A stretch of DNA of 64,000 nucleotides, from contig CAVXGQ010000005.1 in assembly GCA_963761425.1 (NCBI GenBank), forward strand, positions 452,699 through 516,698. Direction: 5' to 3'. Source of the DNA: an uncultured Acidimicrobiaceae bacterium. Lineage in GTDB: Bacteria; Actinomycetota; Acidimicrobiia; Acidimicrobiales; Bog-793. A program made the translations under genes and the position numbers. Below, piece after piece: positions 57,599 through 64,000 of this stretch (the first letter of the stretch is position 1; every line of letters starts with the position of its first letter). The notes under the pieces are model-generated. The model saw only the letters and a program-made list of their open reading frames with translations, was not told the origin of the DNA and did no database searches.

Positions 57599-58300
57599 CT
57601 AGCGAGGTGGGCGGGGCACCGCCCGGGTCGGCTGGCTCCGCTTCCCCTCCGGTTGGGGCCAGGTAAGGGCCGCGGCGCGTGCACCCGCCGCGCGCACACC
57701 GGTCACCACGCCGAGTTGGAGAAACGCTTGGAAGACGGCGGCGGTGGCCCGGGCGTCACCAAGTGCGGTGTGCGCGGCAGGACAGTCCACGCCGAGCGCA
57801 TTGCAACAGGCGACGAGGGATCGCGGCCCGGGGGGTAGATGCGCCCGAGCGAGCTCGCGGGTGCAGATGCCGGCGGGACGAAGATCTGGCATGACCAACC
57901 CGCACCTGGCGTACTCGCCGGCGAGATGGGCGAGGTCGAAATCGAGGACGTGACCGACGACGACATGCCCGGCGAGCTGCGCCGAGAGTTCCCCTGTGAG
58001 TTCTTGAAACGAGGGAGCTCCGGCGAGCATCGACCGGGTGATCCCGTGCAGCCAGCTGGCACCGAGCTCGCCTTCGCCGGGAACGGAAACGAGGCTCGTC
58101 CACTCCCCGAGCTGGCGACCGTCGGACGCCAGCTCGACGACCGCGCACTCGAGCACCCGGGTCGTGACGGGGCTGAGTCCGGTCGTTTCCACGTCGATGA
58201 CCGCGTAGCGGATCGCGTCGGAGTGGGGAGGTGCTCCTCGGTCGGCGGGTCCTTCGTCACTCCCGGCGGTTGGAGGCGGCGAGCTAGCCGCGATCGTCAC
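57599..58300 (-). CDS. DEDDh 3'-5' exonuclease (DnaQ/epsilon-like)
   Basis: 233 aa. Exo I is YAVIDVETTGLSP, Exo II is GHVLDFDLAHL, Exo III is HTALGDARATA. Confidence 0.85.
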   Translation of the reverse strand: MTIAASSPPPTAGSDEGPADRGAPPHSDAIRYAVIDVETTGLSPVTTRVLECAVVELASDGRQLGEWTSLVSVPGEGELGASWLHGITRSMLAGAPSFQELTGELSAQLAGHVVVGHVLDFDLAHLAGEYARCGLVMPDLRPAGICTRELARAHLPPGPRSLVACCNALGVDCPAAHTALGDARATAAVFQAFLQLGVVTGVRAAGARAAALTWPQPEGKRSQPTRAVPRPPR

Positions 58301-58567
58301 GGGCCGAGTGTACGTGGGCGTTGTTCCGGCTTGAGGCTTCCGGTGACGCGGAGACCGGGACCGCGCCGGGAGGATAGGTCACGGGCAGCTTCTGGCCGGG
58401 GTGCGGGAGGCCTTTGATGGGGATCGAAGCTGCGGTTGCGCAGATCACACTTTGTTCATGATTCGCGCGCTGTTGTCGAACACAATAGGAGCACGATCTA
58501 GTCAGACAGGCATCACGGCCGGGCTGGGCCGGTGCGGAAAAGGTGACGAGGAGCAGAGAGGATCGAC

Positions 58568-59320
58568 ATGGGGCGGGTAGGCCGAGGGCTTGGCGGGGTG
58601 CTGGTCGTGCTCGCGCTCATCCTCGGGTCGGCGGGCTCCTCGGCGGCTGTCTCGGGCGGTTCCGGCAGTCTTCCGAATCCCGCGACGGACAACGTTCCTG
58701 TCTTTCCTGCGGGGGTTTCGGCGGCGCGGGTGCACGCCTGGCTGGTAAAGGCCTTGTCCCTGCGTCTCAAGGCGCTGTCGGCGGCCTCCGTCTCCCTCAC
58801 CGTGGCCCGCAATCTCACGGTGGCCGACCGTACGGCGATCGACGCACTGATCACGCGCGACCAGTCCGGTCTCACGACCCTTTTCGGGGCGCTCGCCACC
58901 GAGACGACCATCTCCCAGATGGTGGAGTCGGCGGACGCGATGGTCACCGACTATCGGGTGTTCTCGCTCCTCGTTCCCCAGGTGCGTGGCGTCATCCTCG
59001 ATGATCGTGAGCTCGTCAAGACGACGAGGCTGGCGGCGTTCGAGCCTTCGATCCAGACCGCGATCACGACCGAGCAGCGCACCGGGATTCGGACTGCGGC
59101 CGCGCAACGGATCTACCAAGAGCTGGTAGGGCTGTTGAGCGCGGTGGCGACGTCGATGGGTAACTCCGCGACGGCGCTGCTCGCGCTCACGCCGCAGAAC
59201 TTCGCGCAAGCCGGGGTGACCTTGCGTGCCTCGGCCGGGGCGCTGGCGATGGCGAATTCGCAGCTCATCACCGCCCGGGCCGACATCAGCCGGATCACCC
59301 GCATCCTCGGAGGTGCCTAG
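58568..59320 (+). CDS. Secreted/exported hypothetical protein (signal peptide, predicted helical)
   Basis: 250 aa. The N-terminus GGVLVVLALILGSAGSSAAVSG resembles a Sec signal. No recognised domain. Confidence 0.6.
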   Translation: MGRVGRGLGGVLVVLALILGSAGSSAAVSGGSGSLPNPATDNVPVFPAGVSAARVHAWLVKALSLRLKALSAASVSLTVARNLTVADRTAIDALITRDQSGLTTLFGALATETTISQMVESADAMVTDYRVFSLLVPQVRGVILDDRELVKTTRLAAFEPSIQTAITTEQRTGIRTAAAQRIYQELVGLLSAVATSMGNSATALLALTPQNFAQAGVTLRASAGALAMANSQLITARADISRITRILGGA

Positions 59321-60177
59321 AGGTCAGGTGGTTCGTCGGCGGGCCGTTTCCGAGGCACCCGCCACCATCCTCGCGACCCGGTGACCCGGTCGCGAATCCT
59401 CGGCCGGGCCGGTCCGGTTTTAGGGGTGGTGCCGACGATGAGCCGCAGTCGGACCAGGCCGACCGCCGACTCGAGCGTGCGCTGGGCCACGGGGGTACGT
59501 GGCGGCCGCAGCTCACGCACGGTCGCCGGCAGCTCCCGCAGGACGAGGCCGGCGCGACTCGCCCGCACCACGAGCTCAACGTCGAAAAGGCTGCCGCGTA
59601 GCACCGTCTGCTCGATGAATGGAACGACGGCGGAGGCGCTCATCACCTTCATGCCGTGGGCATCGCTGACCTCGAGGTCGACCGCCCGGCGCAGCGCGGC
59701 GGCGAAGCCCGCAGTGAGCAGGCGCCGGGTGAACGGCCGCCGGTCGCGGGCCCCCGCGGCCCGTTTCGAGGCGAGCACCAGGTCGGCCTCCCCGGCGTCG
59801 AGGAGGCGGAGCGCGGCGTCGAGGAACGACAGGTCGTAATAGTCGATGTCGAAGCCGACGAGGAGCGCGCCGAGCGCATCCCGGTACCCGGTGGCGAGGG
59901 CCGCGCCGTAGTCACCGGTCGCCAGCGACAGCACGCGCACCGGGGCAAGCTGGGCGGCGAGAAGACGGGCGAGGCGCAGGGTCCCGTCGGTTGACCCGTT
60001 CTCGACCACGATGATCTCGAAGGAGCGCCCGCGTTGTTCGAGACCCGAGACGAGGTTGGTGATCGTGGAGCCGAGGAGCATGACCTCGTTGTGGGCCGGC
60101 AGGACCACCGAGATCTCCGGTGGCGGCTGGAGATCGGGCCCTCGCTGTGGGGTCGAGGCGTCGGACCCGGTGCTCAT
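59317..60177 (-). CDS. Family 2 glycosyltransferase (polyprenyl-phosphate sugar synthase-like, CsbB/GtrB/Dpm1 type)
   Basis: ATG at 60177 (ATGA overlap with the upstream gene) gives 286 aa. ISVVLPAHNE, IIVVENGSTDGT and GFDIDYY motifs. Confidence 0.8.
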   Translation of the reverse strand: MSTGSDASTPQRGPDLQPPPEISVVLPAHNEVMLLGSTITNLVSGLEQRGRSFEIIVVENGSTDGTLRLARLLAAQLAPVRVLSLATGDYGAALATGYRDALGALLVGFDIDYYDLSFLDAALRLLDAGEADLVLASKRAAGARDRRPFTRRLLTAGFAAALRRAVDLEVSDAHGMKVMSASAVVPFIEQTVLRGSLFDVELVVRASRAGLVLRELPATVRELRPPRTPVAQRTLESAVGLVRLRLIVGTTPKTGPARPRIRDRVTGSRGWWRVPRKRPADEPPDL

Positions 60178-62654
60178 CGAGGTCTCCAGGTGCCGAGGCG
60201 GGAGTGGGGGAAGGCTGGATCGGGGTCCGTCTCGTCCGTCGCCGGATTCGACAACGCCGGGTCGGCGCCCCTGGTCGGCGCTGGCGGGTTCGGTGCCGGC
60301 GTCGCGGATGGGTCGTCCGCGACCGGGAGCCGTGCGCTGGCTGCCAGACCGACGAGGCCGAGGGCGGAGGCGACCCAACCAGCCCAGTCGACGCCGGTCG
60401 TTCCGTAGCTCAGCACGACGTGGTGGGCGTGTGGAACGACGATCATGAGGTTGGGCGTCGCCTCGTAGGGCCCCGAGGCCCCGCTCGCCACCCAGTTGGG
60501 GAAGTACGGGACTTTCACGAGGATCGGCACACCGAGACGGCCGACGTCAAAGGAGACGGTCGAGTCGGTGTAGTCGATGTGGGACACGGTGGTGGCCGGG
60601 ACGCGCCGTGACCCCGAGGGGAGGACCAGGGTTCCCGGGGTGGCGTGCGGCCAGGAAGCCTGGCCTTGATCGACGATCTCCACCGGCCAGTAGCGCGGAT
60701 TCTGGTACCAGGTGATGGCCGTGGTCACCTGCCACTGGGTTTTCGTGAGGCCGCTTTCCACGACGGGCAGGTAGTGGAGCGGGGTGACGAGTTCAGAATC
60801 GCGGATGAGGTACAGAATCCAGAGTGACTTGGAAGGCGGTTCCTGGGAAGTTGTCGCTCCGTCGACGACGCCCGGCGATTCGGGCGTGGAGCCGACCTCG
60901 ACGAGGGCCGAGTCCGCCGCCGCGTCCGCTTCAACCGTGGGCGAGTCGGCGAGGAAGTACTTGACGCCGGTGAGCTGGAGGTGCCGGATTCCGTCCGCAA
61001 CGTCGAGTGTGCCATAGGGCAGGCCGACGACGGGGTTGGAGGGCTGGAGGGAGAGCTCGGCTTGGTCGAGGAAGTGGAAATGGTTCGAGGTCGACGATTC
61101 GTAATACAGACCCTCGGCGCTGTCGATGCAGCCGTTCGTCCACAGCGGGAACGACATCGGCACGATCGTCGATCCGAAGGTGTCCTGGGTGTTGGGCGAA
61201 TACTCGTAGTCGAGCCTTCCGCAGCCGTGTACCGCCGCGGCGCGCTCGAGCATCGCGACCACGCGTTGGAACTCCGGCCAACCCGGCTTGGCCTGGTAGC
61301 CGGAGTAGTTCCACTGGGCCCAGCTGTCGACGGGGTTCTCCTGTCCGCTCGGGGGGGTGTAGTAGGGGAGCACTCCCAGCCAGGCGGCGATGAGAACGAT
61401 GCTGACGGTCGCGCCAAACACCCCGGTAAACACCGGATTGAGCCATTCGTGGCCGAGGACCGCGAACGCGGTACGGCCGAGCTCGCCGACCGCATAGGCG
61501 GCGAGCAGCGCGGTCGCCAGGTACCAAAATGGCAGCCACCGACCGTTGTAGACGAGCCCGGAAGGGAGCCAGCAGAAGGCGGCGACGCTCGCCGCAGCCA
61601 TCCCGGCGAGAGCCAGAGCAAGGCGATGGCGTCGCCAGATCGCCACGCCGAGCCCGGCTACCGCGATCCACTGCACCGCCTGTTCGCCGTTGACCGGGAA
61701 GAGCTGCGCGTAGACGTCGCCGACTCGGTTGAAGTTCATCGACGACGAGTAGGACAGATACGCCGTGAAGGGCACCAGCCAGAAGGCAGCGACCAAGGCA
61801 CCGAGGACGCCGATCACGACGAGGGTCCGGATGCCGCGTCGTTGCCAGCGCGCGACGGTGATGATGACCGCGGCGGCCCCCGCGAACAGCCCGGGGATGA
61901 CGTGACAGAGCAGGGTGAGGGCGAAGAGCAGGGCGGCCAGCCAGCGACAACGTCCGGTCCGCAAGGCGTAGACGAAGACGCCGAGGAACAGCACCGCAAA
62001 GGTCAGCGCGAGGCTGAAGGAGAACTCCCCGGCGAGGGTGGAGGCGATGGTGCCGCCGTCGATGTTCCAGGGGTAGTAGACGGCGGTGTTAGAGGGGGCG
62101 AAGAGGAAAAGGAACGGTACGGTGGCCGCGGACATGAGGGCGGGCACCGGTCGGACGAAGCCCGCCAGGCGGCCGAAGGCGTAGGCCGCGAGGGGCAAGA
62201 AAACCGTTCCGAGAACGGTGACGACCTTGAAGGCGACGGCGTAGGAGGACGTCAGGGAGATGGCCGCGACGAACACCGCCGGGAGCGGGAAGTAGAAAAC
62301 GTAGAGGGGAAAGCCACCGAACCACTGGGGGTCCCAGCCTGAGAGCTGGCCGTGCGCCAGGAGGTGGTGGATGAAGTAGTCGACGGCGACCACATGTGCC
62401 GCGGTGTCGCCCCCGACATCCATGTTCGGCCCGAAGATCAGTCCCGGTCGCAGCTGGGCTATGACGAAGGCGGTAACGCCCGCCACGACGACGAAGGTCG
62501 CGATCGAGGCTGGATCGAGGAGCCTTCGCAAGCGTGTACCCGGTGGCGTAAGGCGGCTTTCTTCCCCATGAGGCGCTGCCCGATTGGTCCTTTGGCGATC
62601 CACTCCGGGGAGGTTCTGCACGGCCGAGATCCTACCGACCGACCTGCCGGACAC
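60174..62654 (-). CDS. Large polytopic GT-C-type membrane protein (YfhO / COG5617-like putative glycosyltransferase)
   Basis: 826 aa. About 14 N-terminal TM helices and a roughly 350-aa extracytoplasmic domain ending VKVPYFPNWVASGASGPYEATPNLMIVVPHAHHVVLSY, then a terminal TM anchor. Coupled to the GT2 gene. Confidence 0.7.
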   Translation of the reverse strand: MSGRSVGRISAVQNLPGVDRQRTNRAAPHGEESRLTPPGTRLRRLLDPASIATFVVVAGVTAFVIAQLRPGLIFGPNMDVGGDTAAHVVAVDYFIHHLLAHGQLSGWDPQWFGGFPLYVFYFPLPAVFVAAISLTSSYAVAFKVVTVLGTVFLPLAAYAFGRLAGFVRPVPALMSAATVPFLFLFAPSNTAVYYPWNIDGGTIASTLAGEFSFSLALTFAVLFLGVFVYALRTGRCRWLAALLFALTLLCHVIPGLFAGAAAVIITVARWQRRGIRTLVVIGVLGALVAAFWLVPFTAYLSYSSSMNFNRVGDVYAQLFPVNGEQAVQWIAVAGLGVAIWRRHRLALALAGMAAASVAAFCWLPSGLVYNGRWLPFWYLATALLAAYAVGELGRTAFAVLGHEWLNPVFTGVFGATVSIVLIAAWLGVLPYYTPPSGQENPVDSWAQWNYSGYQAKPGWPEFQRVVAMLERAAAVHGCGRLDYEYSPNTQDTFGSTIVPMSFPLWTNGCIDSAEGLYYESSTSNHFHFLDQAELSLQPSNPVVGLPYGTLDVADGIRHLQLTGVKYFLADSPTVEADAAADSALVEVGSTPESPGVVDGATTSQEPPSKSLWILYLIRDSELVTPLHYLPVVESGLTKTQWQVTTAITWYQNPRYWPVEIVDQGQASWPHATPGTLVLPSGSRRVPATTVSHIDYTDSTVSFDVGRLGVPILVKVPYFPNWVASGASGPYEATPNLMIVVPHAHHVVLSYGTTGVDWAGWVASALGLVGLAASARLPVADDPSATPAPNPPAPTRGADPALSNPATDETDPDPAFPHSRLGTWRPR

Positions 62655-62710
62655 TCGATGAGGTCACGTCGGCGGATCGGCGCTGTTCGGTGGTAACGTG
62701 CGCGGTTCCT

Positions 62711-62784
62711 GGGCCGTTGGCGCAGTCCGGTAGCGCGCTTGCATGACACGCAAGAGGTCAGAGGTTCAAGTCCTCTACGGCCCA
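62711..62784 (+). tRNA. tRNA-Val (anticodon GAC)
   Basis: Cloverleaf parts are acceptor GGGCCGT/ACGGCCC, D arm GCGC-AGTCCGGTA-GCGC, anticodon stem CTTGC/GCAAG with loop AT-GAC-AC, and T arm AGAGG-TTCAAGT-CCTCT. CCA is not encoded. Confidence 0.93.
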
Positions 62785-63019
62785 CCCGTTGTCCGAATTA
62801 CCTCGATCTACCTGCGGACGCGCTCTTTTCGTGATCTATTTCGCCTACGACGGGCGAGTCGTCTGTTCGAGCCAGGCGACATCTGTGGGATGCCGTCGTT
62901 CCCCACTCGTCTGGAGGCAGATTCTCGAAGGTGGGTGGCGGTGAACACCTGGTTCGCACAGACCTGTAATGACTTTTGCCGCATATCCGGCTATCGCTGA
63001 GGGCGGGAGTACGCGCAGG

Positions 63020-63162
63020 TGGTCAACGACATTCGATCGATCTCCAGGCGACTGTGCGATGGTCGACCGGCTCGCGCACCACGCGGAGATTGTCGTCTTC
63101 AGGGCGACAGCTACCGACTGAAGGAGCGAGCCAAGAAGGTGATCGTCCTAGAAGGCCCCTGA
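63020..63162 (+). pseudogene. C-terminal fragment of an IS21-family IstB helper ATPase
   Basis: WSTTFDRSPGDCAMVDRLAHHAEIVVFRGDSYRLKERAKK..* matches the IstB C-terminal signature (W..F.....A..DRL.HH....V...G.SYR.K). Nothing upstream corresponds to the rest of IstB or IstA. Confidence 0.65.
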
Positions 63163-63276
63163 ACGCGAAGTTGTCGACCGACGACTACCGCGCGGTTTTC
63201 AACCGGCGTTGACGCGCGCCGACGAGTTGTGACGACAAAGCGGCGAGAGCGCCCCGCTGGCGGTGAAGGGCCGCGC

Positions 63277-64000
63277 TCAGCTCTTGAGGCCTATCACGTT
63301 GGCAGGAGTTCCCGCGAGGAAACCTCGGATGTTCGAGGCGGTGACGTCGAGGATCCGTTCCAGGGCTTCCTTGCTGTACCAGGCCATGTGAGGGGTGATG
63401 ATGACGTTGTCGTGCTTGGCCAGCACGTGACCGGTGAGCATTTGGCGCAGCTTCTCCTCGATATCGGGAAGGTGGAACATCTGGGGTTCCTCCATCAGCT
63501 GTTCTTCACCTTCAATGACGTCGAGCGCGGCACCTCCGACTCGGCCGGAGTCCAGGGCCTCGAGCAGGGCCACGGTGTCGACCAAGGCACCTCGGGCGGT
63601 GTTCACGACGAGGACTCCGGGCTTCAGCATCGCGAAGCGCTCCCGGTTCAAAAGGTGATGGGTCTCAGGCCGGTAGGGCACGTGCAGGCTGATCACGTCC
63701 GAGCGGGACAGGAGCTCGTCGAGGGGGGTGTATTGGAACCCGAGCACCTCGGCGAGCAGGTGCTGAGGTCGGGCGTCACAGGCGAGCACCTCCATGCCGA
63801 AGGCCCGCCCGATCCGGATCACGTGCAGCCCGATGTTGCCCGCCCCGACCACCCCGAGCGTCTTCTCCCGCAGGTCGAAGCCGATCAGGCCCGCCAGCGA
63901 GAAGTCCCCGTAGGGGGTGCGCCGCATGGCGACGGCGAGCTTTCGCGACAGCGCCAAGATGAGGCTGAAAGTGTGCTCGGCGACGGTGTTCTCCGCGTAG
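63277..64000 (-). CDS. D-isomer-specific 2-hydroxyacid dehydrogenase family protein (N-terminus beyond the window)
   Basis: GVVGAGNIGLHVIRIGRAFGMEV NAD loop, NTARGALVD and ITPHMAWYS motifs. The frame is open to the window end. Confidence 0.85.
   Translation of the reverse strand, partial: YAENTVAEHTFSLILALSRKLAVAMRRTPYGDFSLAGLIGFDLREKTLGVVGAGNIGLHVIRIGRAFGMEVLACDARPQHLLAEVLGFQYTPLDELLSRSDVISLHVPYRPETHHLLNRERFAMLKPGVLVVNTARGALVDTVALLEALDSGRVGGAALDVIEGEEQLMEEPQMFHLPDIEEKLRQMLTGHVLAKHDNVIITPHMAWYSKEALERILDVTASNIRGFLAGTPANVIGLKS

Overview
High-GC, actinobacterial-type chromosomal segment (WhiB, SepF, DivIVA/Wag31, PpgK). The layout, in kb, is as follows.

- 0.1-4.9: a GltD-like FAD/FeS oxidoreductase plus the pntAA-pntAB-pntB transhydrogenase.
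- 5.3-23.3: a tightly coupled dcw cluster, mraZ-rsmH-ftsL-ftsI-murE-mraY-murD-ftsW-murG-murC-murB-ftsQ-ftsZ. It lacks murF and ddl. It is followed by pgeF-yggS-sepF-yggT-divIVA.
- 23.3-38: housekeeping genes. These are ileS, DUF167, a DksA/TraR protein with a long basic tail, lspA, rluD, a sigma-70 factor, Rrf2, an AP-superfamily protein, pduO-type adenosyltransferase, pepA, ppgK, IMPase, a DUF164 zinc ribbon and GlsB.
- 38.1-42.7: a minus-strand operon of enolase, a prenyltransferase-repeat protein and PEP synthase.
- 42.8-49.8: the most interesting region. The RNase P RNA gene (rnpB, minus strand) is intact, and a diverged copy of its 3' terminus lies 6.6 kb away. The two copies bracket AT-richer DNA holding three different transposase pseudogenes, an intact GT2 gene and orphan ORFs. 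One orphan is a 271-aa internally duplicated Cys-motif protein. This looks like a decayed island integrated into rnpB, with no integrase surviving.
- 50-64: xseAB, an FAD reductase, an FGGY kinase, whiB, a PAS-GAF-HD-GYP protein, a DEDDh exonuclease, a GT2 + YfhO-like GT-C glycosylation pair, tRNA-Val with an IS21 IstB remnant beside it, and a partial 2-hydroxyacid dehydrogenase.

Seven conserved genes or sites carry apparent frameshifts, all in the same direction (one extra base). They are murE, ileS (two sites), lspA, the AP-family gene, xseA and the FGGY kinase. This points to systematic insertion errors in the assembly rather than biology.

No CRISPR array and no rRNA were seen. All calls come from reading the translations and the sequence by eye. 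No database search or numerical computation was run.
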